From Octopus vulgaris (Eukaryota), in the NCBI GenBank assembly GCA_951406725.2, contig OX597824.1:45260001-45324000 (forward strand): a stretch of 64,000 bases of DNA, in the 5' to 3' direction. The notes beneath the pieces were generated by a model that did not search any database, had not been told where the DNA came from, and worked only from the letters and a program-made list of their open reading frames with translations. The translations under genes and the position numbers were made by a program. Below, piece after piece: positions 12,872 through 26,540 of this stretch; the stretch's first letter is position 1, and every line of letters starts with the position of its first letter.

Positions 12872-13539
12872 TTATCATCTTCCTACCAAGACATGGTCTT
12901 ATCCAAACAAACAATTTTATTATGTAGCTATTGGAAGTCTCCTTTCACAGTATCATGAGTTAATTTGTTTAAGCCATTTTCATAAGTGTAGCAAAAGAAA
13001 AAGTGATATAAATAATTCAGGCAAATAAAAGTTGGCAAAAGTAGTTTATCACCTCAGCTCCTAATTTTCTATTTCTATTGAAATGTTTTGTTTGTATATA
13101 TGATATTTTTAAAGTGATATAAATTAAGACCTTCCATCAAAATTTCATTTTAATTTATGTTCCAAACACCAGTTGTTTTTCTAATTTCTTCATTATTTTC
13201 AAAGTTAATTGAGATAAAAGCAGTGTATATCAATGGAAATATGGTAACAAAAGGGTTTTAAAAATGGGAAATAAGTAAAATATGCATTTGTTTTATGTCC
13301 ATTTTCCCATACCAGCATATGTTAAACAAATATATTACAGTTGGATATTAATCCTTACTGGTTTTTCAAGTAAGCGATCTATAATTTTACATGTCTTGAA
13401 AGTGCAAAGCAAGTGGATATTGACAGAAGTAATAGCAACAGCACCGTTTGTAGCTTGCAACTTTTATAGAACACAAATGTAAACACACAGATGGACATAC
13501 ATGCCTTTGAAATTTAATTTTTTTTTTTAATGATTCCAG

Positions 13540-13821
13540 GTGATAAGGCAGAAGATAATTGTCTTGGAACTGAAGATACTACTCCTGATTTGGAAGTACA
13601 TCATACTTGGGGTATGCCCCAGTCTCTTCACAGTCAACAACCTCAAACACAAAAGCCTTCAAAACAGCCGATATCCATTGATGAATTGCGCCAAAAACGA
13701 CTCAACTACTTAAGCAAAACAAATTGTTTACAGAATAATGCAGCCGATTCTTCTTCTGTTACTAATATGGAAAATGAATCTGAATCTGTCAAAGAAAATG
13801 GGGAAAATGGAGAAAATGGGG
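13540..13821 (+). CDS. ATXN3: Ataxin-3 exon (VCP/p97-binding motif, no polyQ)
   Basis: ttccag|GT...G|gttagt, 282 nt, phase 1 to 1, contains IDELRQKRLNYLSK (human SEELRKRREAYFEK). Confidence 0.9.
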
Positions 13822-14396
13822 GTTAGTATATCATACATTCAATTAATAGCTAGTTTTACTTGAGAAAGGAAGTCTGGCAGTTGATTTACTTTTCATAGCC
13901 TTCTGAGTGGTTTTGATAGATGGAAACTGAAAGAAGTTGATTGTGTGTGTGAGAGAGAGAGAGAAAGAGAGAGTCTAGATTATGAATCAGTTCCTGAACT
14001 CATCTTACTGGGTGTTTACCCATAACACAATGGCATTCACTTATAAATTGTATGTCACTGCCTTATAAAGCCAGTGTTGAGCTCCAATTCAGTAAGCTTA
14101 ACAAATAAAGGATGATTTTACAAATTTAGATGTTTGCATATTATTGAATTGATAATTCTTTACAACTAGATGCACCTTGTATCATTAATCTCAGTTTTAA
14201 AATTTGGAGTGGAACTTATGTCAACTAGATTGACTGAGGAAAGTGGAACTGTATATGGTTCCCTTTATCTTAGATCTCTGTATTTTTACTCTTAATAGCA
14301 TGAAGTTAGTCAGTTAACTCTTTAAAAAGTATTATGCCTCTTCATGCTTGCACCAGCTGCAAATATTTTATGTGTGTTTCTGATTTTATCTTACAG

Positions 14397-14467
14397 AAGA
14401 ACTGAGTGAAGAAGAGATGCTCCAGAAAGCAATTTATATGTCTATGAAAGCAGCAGAACCAATGTGA
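14397..14467 (+). CDS. ATXN3: Ataxin-3 last coding exon (C-terminal UIM, stop)
   Basis: ttacag|AA, phase 1, EELSEEEMLQKAIYMSMKAAEPM then TGA; resembles human UIM3 MSEEDMLQAAVTMSL. Confidence 0.92.
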
Positions 14468-17400
14468 AGCTATTGTGGTTGAAGAACTAGGACAGTCAAC
14501 TCTGTTGTGATATTAGTAACAGAAAGTGCTAATTGTACACTACACCTCTCTTTCCTTCATTTCTCTCTCTCTTACAGAGTTATGCAGAAAGCTGTATCAC
14601 AGTTGGTTGTATTTTCTGTAAACTGACTCTAATGCTATGGGAGCAATGCCTATTTATTGATGCAATTTGTACTTTTGCAATATAAATATTTTTTTACCTT
14701 TCACCTTCTTGTATGTTGTACTAGCAGTCATTTCATTAATTAAAAATAACCATCAGCCTAATTATGAAGACCAAGTAAGATAGATACTTGGCTTATTTGA
14801 TCATCTGTACACTCTCCTACAAATATTGTCCTTGTATTTAGTCAAAAGGGTTCATTATTAATGTTACATATAGGAGAACTACATCTCAACTGGTTTCTGG
14901 TGTCAATCTTTTTTTTAAATTTTTGCTTTTTCATTCAGTCCCTCCTCTTCTTGTTCCCAGTTTATCTTAACCAAAAGCATTCTTTAGAAATTAACAAGCT
15001 TCAAGGAATCTTATTTGAGAATATAACTTTGTTTTTATATAAAGTATAGTATTGTTTTTTTTTTTCTGTTGAATTCTTTTTGGACAAATTTTCAAGAAGA
15101 TTTTTAAAATACCAAACCACTACTTTAATGAACATTTATAAGGATAAAAGTAGTTTTCAGACTTAGTTGTAGAAAGAATGTAGGGCTTTGTGTTAATTTT
15201 TGGATATACGAGATGCTTTACACTTTAGTTATTTAGTAATTGGTACTATGATTAACAACTTTTAAGTATTTGAATTTGAGGGCTTTCGCTTTGAGAATGT
15301 TATAGTTGACAAATATTTAATACTTGATAATAGCTTGAATTTAAATACTTTCCACTACCTTTGCTGGCAATACTGGTGCAGCTGTAAATAGTTTCCAGTC
15401 TTTAATATTAGAGATTGATTGGAACCTAAAAACTTTTGTAAGAAAAAAGAATGTCACCTGCTAGTGAGCTAACTGCTATTCCAAACCCTTCTCACTCTTG
15501 TGACATAAAATTGCTTATTTCCATTACACTGTTTGTTGAATGCAATATATCAGTCTGTTCTTGCATTGTCATTGGTCTGTTGAAGTAGGATGTGATGTGG
15601 AGAAAAGGCATATTTCTTTGTTAGTATATATAATAATTTGTCAGAATATTTTTTGCCACTAATTACCATATTCCCCCTCATAACCTGCTACATAGGAAAT
15701 TTTCTTATTTCCTCTCCTGATTTACTGCAAGCATTGTGGTAAATCAATTTCAGAAGGGTCAAGACAAAAATAGAAATTTCCTAAAAGAAGGGTAAAAGCT
15801 ATAAGAAAGGTGAATGTTGTGAGGCTATAGATGGAAGTGGCATTTTCATGATTTACTCTTGTGAAAGAAATGTAAAGTATTGAATGTTTAAAACAAGGAA
15901 GAAAAGCTTAACTACCAAGACACTCCTTTATAGTCATACTAGAAATGTAGAGTAATCAGTTAAGGGATGATGTATTGAGTGCTTTATGCTAAAAATTCTG
16001 AATTAAGTGAACTCTCCCTCTTAGTTGTGGAAAGAAAGCAAAACACTAGCAACAATTATTAGCAACTCTCAAAGAAAAGGAGAGCTATTTCAACAATTTA
16101 AAAATTTTATTGCACAAAGATAATTTACAGACCTATGAGGAACAACTGACATTTTTATTTACAGTATTCATAACATAGTCACTTAACTTATTTAATTCAT
16201 GCAATTGGTCTTTCATTTTATTTTGTAATAAGCAGAGTATTAATATACTTGGGATGTACAAAAAGATTTCTACTTAATAGAGCAGACCACTTCATGATGT
16301 TTCTTTATAACTGCAAATTGCCAATCCAACAAACTCATTGTAACTGTCAAATATTAAAGCAATTGCTTTGTTTTGTTGGAAAAGATATTTCAGCTGATTG
16401 TACTGTCACCTCACTAAAGCACATAATCCTTAGTGAACCCTTAATCTCTGTGTAACTGATACTTTTAAACTACTTTTTACATAAGACAAGATCCTTCAAC
16501 TTTCCAATTAGATACATTAAAATTGCTGTCAGAAAGTGACTGCTCCAGTTGGTGTCTGTAACATATATATCCTTCTGTCAAGCAGAGAATCCTAAATTTC
16601 TTTTTAGAAGTTGGACTATCTCATTTTGTTTTTACTGAAATATATTTTGTTTTGTCAGGAGAGTTTTAGTATACTCTGTCTAGTGTGTGACCAGTGATTG
16701 TATTACAAGACCTAAATGATTGATAATGAAAGAAATATGTTAGTCCACTTCAGGAGTGAACATACTGACAGATGCTAAAGTGATCTGTTGTCCAATTTAA
16801 CACCAGCACCTGTCTCTTGAGTGCCTTTAATGAAGTTCACTCTATTGCAAGCATTTGGGCCAGGTCTCCTATCTAAGAATAATCTCCTCTCTTCCTCTTA
16901 CCAGTATCAGGTTCCAAAAAGGATAATGGGTGCTGGGGTTTTTTCCCTAAAACATTAAAAAAAAAGAAAGAAAATGGCCAACACTTCAGCATTAATCATG
17001 AGCATTATTATCATATCTGGAAACTATCTTATATTCAGGACACTAAAAAGCAGATTTATTTGTATAGGTTAATAATATATCTAACTAATGTTGCAGAGCA
17101 TTGTAATTTTTTTGGCATCAATCGATTGACTATGTTCAGATATTTCAGCTGATCAACACCTGACCATTCAATATTTTCTAAGCTGAGAATAAAGCATCAT
17201 GGTTATCTAAATAGAAAAAGCAGGTTCTTTAATCACACCTTGCCATCCTAAATAAAGGATAATGAAGCCTTAGTTACAGTCTGAAAAATAAAAGTCAGAA
17301 GGTTACAGTTAGAATACCCTTTGCTCATGATCTGCTTGATCAAGGTTGATTTGGGGCTAAACTTTATTGAACTGATAGAATTGCATACCAACAGCCAAAC

Positions 17401-18030
17401 TGCTATATAATTTATTTTGCTCACGCTTGATCATGTTCTTCTACTCTCATTAATTGTCCTCAATCCTCTCCCAAAATGCAATCTTTGTAGGCTGCTCCTG
17501 TTGACAGTAGGATGCCACTGTGCTGATTAGCACTCTACTCAAGCCTTTTTTTTTTTTTTTTTTTTTAATTACTGCTATGATGATTTTGTTGTAACTGTGA
17601 GTATATGCTGATAGTTCTTTAGAAATATAATTCTCTATTCTCTATTTTTCATCTAAGAAATCTAGTTTGGGCCATCTGAATAAATGCCAGGAATTCTGAA
17701 AGATAGTATCATGAATAACTGAGGAATTTGTCTTGAAATGTTGGTATTCTCAACTCACACTTCTCTGTTTCAGTATTAAAACTACTGCATTTTTTTAAAG
17801 ATATTTTTCAAAATATTTCTTTGTGACATTTTACCCCTGTTATATAAGACTAGTAATATTATTTTAATCTTAATAGACTCAAATTGCCAATGCTACTTAA
17901 TACATTAATTTTCACTTTATTATAAATAAGGTTTATTTTATTTTAAAGACAATTTTGTCTGAGTATTTTAAATATTAAGACAAATGTAAATTCTATACAA
18001 TAAATATAATTGAAATGAAAAAATTTAATT
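14468..18030 (+). other. Probable long ATXN3 3' UTR
   Basis: About 3.5 kb with few repeats or microsatellites compared with the introns; AATAAA at 17188 and 17999 with T-rich sequence downstream. End point uncertain. Confidence 0.35.
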
Positions 18031-18219
18031 ATTTATACAATTCTACTGGTGATGTTTTAGTTTGCCATTTCTTTTTTTTTTTATTTTATTTTTAAAAACT
18101 TTTTTATTGTATTTTTCCACAATTTGTTTGAAATTTTGAACATATGCATATTGTTGCATATACTTTGTAAGGCACACCACATAACCATGAAGCTCAAGTT
18201 AGAATTTCATTATTTGCAA

Positions 18220-18800
18220 ATTGAGGGGCAAGCTAGCAGAATTGTTAGTGTTGGAAAATGCTTTGTGGTATTTGCTCTGGCTCTTTATGTTCTGAATTCA
18301 AATTCCAACAAGGCCATTGTGTTTCATCTTTATTGGCTCAATAAAGTATCAGTCAAGTACTGGGCTCAGTAGCATCAACTAATGCCCTCACTGCAAAAAA
18401 TGTTGACCTTGTACTTAAATTAGACATTATTTAAAGATGGTTAACTAGTAGGATCATTAGAGCATTCGAAAAAATGCCTTGCAGTACTTGTTTCAGCTCT
18501 TTACATTTTGAGTTCAAATCCTACTGAGATCATCTTTGCCTTTCTTTCCTCCAGCTTCCATAAAATAAAGTACCAGCACTTTATTTTGCTGGGATTGATG
18601 GTCTCAACTAATACCTTCCTTTCGAAATTTTTAAGCATGGTACTTATTCTATCAGTGTCTTTTGGCGAACCACTAAGTTATGGGGATGTAAATACACCAA
18701 CATCAGCTGTCAAGCAGTAGTGGGAGACAAACACATGATGGACTACTTTCAGTTTCTGTTTACCAAATCCATTCATAAGGTTTTGGTTGGTCCAAGGCAT
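18220..18800. mobile_element. SINE cluster (two degenerate family B copies on +, family A fragment on -)
   Basis: gcagaattgttag...aaatgc...ttctgaattcaaattcc...aagtacc motifs twice, then ggtacttattctatcagtgtcttttggcgaac. Confidence 0.7.
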
Positions 18801-21472
18801 GTGCAAGGTAAAGAAATATAATTTTGCGTGGATGTCCGTACAAAAGGTATGAACTTATGGTCATATGAAACAGTTACATACCAGCTTAACTAGTTAGTTT
18901 GATCTCACCTTCTGTAGTATACCTGAATACAAGTCTAGACTATTTATAAACATAAATCAACTGTTATTTAAAAGGTATGGCATTTAACTTATAAAGCAGT
19001 TTGTATTTGTATTACAATGTTCTGCATGTCTTGTTTTAATCCTCTGCTAAGTCAATGATGGGAATGTTACTATTTTTGAATTCAAATCCTATTGATGGTC
19101 TTGGTGCTGGATTCACAATGGTATTCATTCCTCTGGGACTAATATTAATTACATTATAAATAATAATAGATACTGTTAGTATATCCATTAATTGATTATA
19201 TTCTCATTTTGATAGAAAAAGGGAGGCTTGAAAGGTGCATAAAAATGATAGTTTCACTGGTTACTTTAGAATATTTCAAACTGCCTGTTGCACTTGCTTC
19301 TTTTATGAACAAAGCTACTATGGGTTACTTGACCTGCTGTAAATGGCACCCAAAATACCTCAGATTAAACTCTGCCAGCTTAAAAAACAAAGGACACTTT
19401 GGATAATGTGCTACATACATCACCTGGAAAAAAGATGGGTGGGTCATGTGTGAATATTATGTAATATTTTATTTGCTGGTAGCAGTGTAATATATCAAGT
19501 GTATTTTATTTTCTGTTTAACTGTGCATAATCAGTTGACATTTGTTCTATTCCCAAGCATTAATAACTTGTGAAAAGAAATAGAGATTCAAAACAATATA
19601 AATTTGTTTCACAGAAGCCCTTCTACTGAATAGTGTTCATATTATAGGCATTATTTTTTTCTTAGTCATAATAGTATAGGTAGTGGTCTGCAACTCTTCC
19701 AGGAATCATAGCGGTGCCTGTCAACATGACATATAGCATGTCTTGGACATTTTAAACCTGGTGAGTTCATCTCTTGATATTTCTGAATACAGCTGATTTC
19801 TTCGAGAGAAAGTGTGTCTGTAAGAGAAAAATAATCGTCTCCCATTATTTCACTTGTACTTTTATTGACCTTAAAAGGATGAAATGCAAAGTTAACCTTG
19901 GTGGAATTTGAACACAGCTGTAATGAATATCACAAAGCATTCTGTTCAATACTTACACTCTGCTAATTAGCTGCCTTAATCATACTAGTATGTATACATG
20001 AATATTTAATATGGTAAGGTAAACTTCAGTTGAAGACACAATCTGTCTTCAACTCATAATTTATTCCCATTCAAACCATTGCACTTTATGTAATTCTGTG
20101 AAGCGAGAAAAAGCATTAGCTCTATCTGGTTAATTTGCTTTTTGCTGTTTATTTTTTTCTTTACTATGGAATGATTCTTCAGTGATACCCCAAGATGGGT
20201 TAAGAATGAAACGGGAAAGAACATCTTAGAATACTGAGTCATTGCTAAATGCTTCTGCTTGATATGCTGTATGAAAAACAATACAAGCTAGCGCAGTCTC
20301 CCTCTATTGACAGGTTTTTCATTTGGAAATTGTGTGCAAGTTCAAAAAGTATTTGATGTGAAATGCCTAAACTGAGTGCAGCTGAACTGCAGATGCAACT
20401 TTCTGAGAGTTTATTGCCACAGACCTAACAAGGGTTAACAGAAATTTTGTGTGGGTAATATTATCCATCATTGCATTACACCTATATTTTCTTTCAGCAT
20501 CACTAATTTTCAAATCTGTATAATTTTAAATCTGAAATAAGCATTAGAGCTGTGTGATACTGTTAAATGTTTTGGTTTAGCCAAAACAGATGCATGAAGC
20601 TGGGGCTTTCCTGCACCTAGTTGATTAAGAGTCAAGTTAGTGACTATTATCTTCTGATATTTAGAAAAGTGAATTTTGTGGAAGTTTTGAAATAGATTTC
20701 TGAGTTTCTCCTTTTTTGATGCCTTGTACATCTCATTTTTTCTCTCTTTTTATATTTTCCTGTTTTATAAAATGTCTATACTAATCATATCACTTCAAAA
20801 GTGTATGTCAACCCAATTACCTACATGCTAGAAATTGTAGGACATCTAACCAACTAGATTTGTATAATCTTTATATACATATTCTGCAATCTCAGCGAAT
20901 ATGACCTGGTAGCTTGTATCATGCCTTCACTAATTGTTTTGGGTGCTTATATAGTCATGAGCAGCTATAGATATCTTCTCCCTCTCACCGTTAACCTAGT
21001 GGATTATCAAAGATGTGATAGCTGGAAGAGAGAGCAGTTTTTTAGCTGAGTTGATTGATTGTAAACCAAACACCTTAACCACTAGGTCACATGTCCTCAC
21101 ATGTACATAAGGAGCTGGTTTATTAAGTCAAAGTATTGTAGATGGTGATGTTTTATAAAGTAAAGTACATTATTCATATCAGTGAATTTAAGAACATAAA
21201 ATGAAAACAATTCAAAAAAGAAACAATCTAACAAGCTCTGCAAATGGCCTGAAATTACAGAATCATCCAACCCACACAAACTTAATGGTAGCACTTAGTA
21301 TCAAAAAGAAGTTCCTTGATCTTAAAAATGAAAGTAGCTCTGTTGAAATATTGATGTTATACCCATTATAAAAATAAATAATGGCATTTTTTCGATTTAT
21401 AGCATTCTCTAAAACCAGACAAACATTTTATTTTCTTAAATATTTTATTAAAAAATAAAAAAATTTGTTTTG

Positions 21473-21574
21473 TTAAAGCTCAATGTTGATATCTGAACCA
21501 TGACCAGTTTTCTTTTTCATTTCAATTTCATTCTTCAGTTTTGGTCTCACTGTTTGGGTATGCCAAACCAAAAT
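21473..21574 (-). CDS. B3GAT3: GT43 glucuronosyltransferase last exon
   Basis: tttcag|ATT, ILVWHTQTVRPKLKNEIEMKKKTGHGSDINIEL then TAA; matches the family ending VLVWHTRTEKP...SDP.IEV. Confidence 0.93.
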   Translation of the reverse strand: MLVWHTQTVRPKLKNEIEMKKKTGHGSDINIEL

Positions 21575-21915
21575 CTGAAACCATAAAGAAATATTGTCTA
21601 AAACGAAATGTTAGAATAATAATTTTATAACTTCCAATTTCTGTCAGAGATAGCCTTATGGGGGCCTCTCTAGCAGTAATAACAAATATGTCTCTAACTT
21701 CCATCAAGGATATGTTTGGAAAATTACTAGTTGCACACAACTGTGCAGTCTCAATTCACTCCTGTTACCAACTCCCACCCCTCATCACTACCTTTTATAA
21801 AGGAGGTTCAAGCACTTGTACATATGACTGCATGTGTATGTTATATCTGCTTATGTATGAGCATGCGCATAGGACTGTAATGGGCATATGAGTATGTACA
21901 CATATGTATAATATA

Positions 21916-21969
<54 letters not shown>

Positions 21970-22149
21970 TATACATATGTTGCCAGTGGCTCTCGTAGCC
22001 ACTTGCTGGCAACTTTTTTCTACTGTTCTTACAGCTTTACTGCATTTGAAATTTACTTTCTCATCTGTAAAATACCAAACACATTTAGCGCTTCCAAAGT
22101 TTGTTTACAAAATGTTGTCACATATATAAATGTATATATATATATATTT

Positions 22150-22536
22150 TATTCTTTTACTTGTTTCAGTCATTTGACTGTGGCCATGCTGGAGTACCAC
22201 CTTTAGTCAAAGAAATCAACCCCAAGACTCATTCTTTGTAAGCCTAGCACTTATTCTATTGGTCTCTTTTGGCCAAACTGCTAAGTTACGGGGGACATAA
22301 ACACACCAACATCAATTGTCAAGCAATGGTGGAGATACAAACACAGGCACACAAATATATATATATATATATGCTGGGCTTCTTTCAGTTTCCATCTACC
22401 AAATCCACTCACAGGGCTTTGGTTGGCCCGAGGCTGTTATAGGAGACACTTACCCAAGGTGTCATGGAGTGGGACTGAACCCAGAACCATGTGGTTGGGA
22501 AGCAAGCTTCTTACCATACAGCCACTCCGGTGCCTA
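22150..22536 (-). mobile_element. SINE family A, full length
   Basis: tRNA-like head (gtggctgtatggtaagaagcttgcttcccaaccacatggttctgggttcagtccc), central microsatellite, tail ending gactgaaacaagtaaaagaataaa. Confidence 0.88.
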
Positions 22537-22829
22537 TATATATATTGCAGATGACAATATAACAATCTATGAAATGTTATACAAGTGCATGGGTATATAT
22601 ATGTATGTATCCTGTGGGTCCACATGCATGTATTAACATCTTATATGTGACTGTGTATTATATATGTTCATGTCTCTGCCTTATATGAATATATGTTTAC
22701 ACATTGATAATGATGATAATTTATAAGTATATGTTATTACAGTGTTCTTGGTTCTTTCTGCATTGCTACAAACATTACTCGGTGACTTAATAATAACAAT
22801 TTTCTCATTCCTCAAGCCTTATCTACTCA

Positions 22830-25790
22830 CCACCCCACACAAGCGGTTATGTACCCCATGAAGGCTTTAAGGGACTGAAAGAAATTGTAATTTTGATCTA
22901 TGTCACAACCAATTCTTACTGCCACTATACATAAGGACCCACTACAAGCAGGCAAGCAACAACAAAGATTTTCTTTCCAGATGCTGAATATGTTCCCCCA
23001 ACTACCCTCCCAAGCTTCCCAGGTCCACAAGCTTAGAGCTGCTACAATCAACATTGGCACAATGAAAGGTAGGTCTGGTGAGATTGTTGAAATGCTTGAG
23101 CAGAGGCATAAATGTATGCTGCGTACAAGAGGTATAATGGAGGGGAGCCTTGGCTAGACTGCTTGTGGGCAAGGAAAATAGATACAAATTTTTTCTGGAT
23201 GGGTGTAGGTATTCTTGTTGAGAAACGAATAAATAAGTTGACTGAGGTAGGCAGGATGGGTAATAGGATTATTAAACTAAAAATAGTCTCTTGTTAAATG
23301 TAACAGTGTTATTTATCTCTTCATATGCTCTAGATGTCAGACTGGCAGATATTCAAAAAGCTTTTTTTACGTATCCCTTCTGTGGACTACCTTGGCTATG
23401 AAAGATTTCTGTGATCATGTTGGAAAGCACTCTGATGAATTTCATGGTGTGCATGGAGATTATAGCTTTGGTCGTAGAAATGATGGAGGAACAAGGCTCT
23501 GGTGTTTTGTAAAGCAAATGGCTTACTGGTTTGCAATACCAACTTCAGGAAACCTACCAGCCATTTGATCACTTGGCAATCTGGTGGGCACACAAGCCAG
23601 ATTGACTGCATTCTCACCAAAAACAGCAACAGGCAGATGCTTGTGAATGGAAAGTCTTTCTCAGATGAAGAATGTACAATTTAACATAGGTTAGTGGTTA
23701 GTGACTTCAGACTTAGGGCGAGAAGGATCCAGAGACAAAAACCAATATAGAAAAGGAGATTATGGAAGCTCAAGGATCCTTCAAATGGACAAATTTAGAT
23801 GATGTTCTTAAAGAAGCATTTGATGAGAAAGAGGAAGAGATAGAGATATGACATGGAAGTACAGGATAATCTATGAAGGTGACAGGACAAATCTGGTTGG
23901 AGCAAAGCTTCTACCAGGCGAAGGATGAACATGGCAGTAGAACAGTGCCATAAAAGAGCAGGGACAAGTTTGGAAAGAGTAGTAAAGAACCATATCAGGT
24001 AGCTAATAGGAAAGCTAGGGTAGAAACAGAAAGGAAGAGGTTTTACCATGTTTACAGTGTGAAGATGAGAGACATGAAGTGTTTAAAATTGCTAATCAAT
24101 GTGTCAGAGATGTGGGAGAAAAATAGGTATGGATGGATAATAGTTTGCTTGCACTTAGTGACTCTGAAAAGAATGAGGCATGAAATCTATGGAAGGCAAT
24201 TAAATGTGGAGAATGAATGGGAGAAAGGGAGGCTCCTCCAACCAGCTATCCTAGTTGATAGCCGTATGGTAGATAAGGCAATTAAAGATATACAGAGAAA
24301 GCCTCTAGTCCACCAGGAGTCACAGCAGAGATGCTTAAAATACCTGGTAGAGTAGGATATGGTCTAGTCACCTATATAGTTATTCAGGAAGGCATAATCT
24401 TTAGTGATTGGTGTAGCAGTCAGCTGATGCAAGTGTAAGAAAGACACCTGAGATAGAATTTTAGAGGTATCAAATTGCTAGACCAAGTGATGAAATTTAT
24501 GGAGAGAGTTATAGCCCAATTAATTAGGAACAGAATTTGACTAGATGAAATGCTGTTTTGCTTTGTGCTGGGGAGAACACTATTGATGCTATTTTCATAG
24601 TCAGGCAACTGCAAGAGAAGTATTTAGCTAAGAATAAGATGTACTTGGCATTTGTTGTCTGGAGAAAACCTTCAACAGTGTACCTTACTCTGTGATATGG
24701 TGGCTTCTGAAGAAGCTTGGGATAGATGAATGACTTATGAAAGCTGTACAAGCCATATACAGGGGTGCGGTTAGTAAGGAAAGAGTTAACCATGTGACAT
24801 TTAGTGTACAGGTAGGTGTTCACCAAGGCTGGGTCCTCAGCCCAATTCCTATTCCTCATCATCCTCCGTGTCATAACAGAGGAATTTAAGACCAGCTGCC
24901 CATGAGAACTACTATATACTGGTGATCATGCTCTTAAAGTAGAATCTGTAAAAGAACTAGAAAAGAAATTCCAGGTGTGGAAGCAAAACCTGGAACCGAA
25001 AGGCCTTAAAGTTAACTTAGCAAAGAATAAGGTTCTACTAAGCAAGACAATGGACAGGACTCTACCCACTTCAGGTAAATGGCCCTGCTCAATATGTAGG
25101 AAAGTTGTGGGCAGGAATTCCATTTGCTGTAGCCAGTGCAAACTATAGACACACGAGGTGCAGTGGAATAACAGGAAGGTTTGCAGAGAAAGTAGTGTTT
25201 GCATGTGGAAAATGCATAGGAGCCATAAAGTCTTCAGATACACAGGAAATTGATTTTCTCAAATACCTTGGAGGCTCTCTAGAGGTAGTACCTAGTACCT
25301 AGGTGACCTAATTAGTAGTGAAGGAGGATGCAATTGCTAGAATAGGATGAAGAAAATTCAGAGAGCTTTTATCTCTAGTGGCGACTAAATGTCTCTCTCC
25401 AAGTGGAAGGAAAGTTGTATGATGCAGTGCTACATGGTGGTGAGGTGTAGGCCCTGAATGCAGAGGATATGTGAAAACTGAAGAGGAATGAAGCTAGTAT
25501 GCTCTACTGGATGTGCAACACAGAATGCTAGTGTCTTGAGAGAAAAGTTAGGTATAAGAGGAATTAGATGCAGTGTGCAAGAGAGAAAACTGCACTGGCT
25601 TGGTCATGTGATGCATATGGATAAGGACAGCTGCATAAAGAAGTGCAAATCACTTAATGTGGGTGGAAGTTGTAGAAGAAGGAGAACCAGGAAGACATGA
25701 TTTCAAGACGCTGAACCTTATGATGATGACAAAGAATTGAGATATCTGGTGCCTAGCTGTACTCAAGAAGACCTGCTCACCACAGAAGTG
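22830..25790 (+). mobile_element. Near full-length decayed RTE-clade LINE (APE endonuclease and RT) in the last B3GAT intron, antisense to the gene
   Basis: LRAATINIGTMKGRSGEIVEML, NTNFRKPTSHLITWQSGGHTSQIDCIL, VGVHQGWVLSP, YTGD, LHWLGHVMHM; many stops and frameshifts. Confidence 0.92.
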
Positions 25791-26333
25791 ATATCCTAAA
25801 ATCACTTTGGTACTGCTTGTCTGTGAGGGGCTCTGCTCCACCTCCATCTCCACTGCCCCATCAATCTTTTCCCTCACATTTCATCCTCTAATGCTCATCA
25901 CTTCTCTATCATCTGAGCTTGGTTACTTTCTTCTATACTCCAAATCATTTTCATTTTCCATTATGTTCCCCTGCCGACTGTCTTCACCAATCACCTCTCT
26001 CCTGTACTATTCTCCATTAGTAACACCACTTATCTACTATCACCCTCAATGCCCTCACATATCTGCTGCTCTTAAGCCTCTCCTATATTTCTCTCTGCCT
26101 TTAGCTACAATCACCTCATCCTGCCTACTCAACCAATCCAGACCTCTATATCACCTCACCTATTCTCACTACCCACAAAGTCCCTTGAGGTCATGTCCCA
26201 CAATGTCTTCATCGTCTCTCTCACTATTGCTCTCCTTATCTTACTCTGTAACTCTCCTTTCTTTTTCAACTGGGGTATCTACAGTAAGGAAAAAAATCTT
26301 TGCATAAATATTTAAAAAATGAAAAACCCTAAC

Positions 26334-26540
26334 CTTAGTACATAGGTCAGCTTTTGGTTCAAGGTCTGAAATAGTCACTCCTAGATGTTTAAGCAAAACA
26401 GATTCTTGATAACCTCGAGGTACTTTGTATGTAAACAGTGCGTTTTTATAATGAAATATCCTTTCCAAATTTATAGCAAACCCAGCCATATCCATTGCAA
26501 ATGGTCGTTTTGGTTCCCAGTGTGTAAACCAACCAACAAC
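26334..26540 (-). CDS. B3GAT3: GT43 glucuronosyltransferase exon (catalytic Glu region)
   Basis: ttttag|GTT...AAG|gttagg, 207 nt, VVGWFTHWEPKRPFAMDMAGFAINL...RGYQESVLL...DLEPKADLCTK. Confidence 0.96.

Noticed and set aside
25807-26307. 166-aa S/L/P-rich ORF
   Set aside because: Pyrimidine-rich low-complexity sequence after the RTE copy; compositional artefact.
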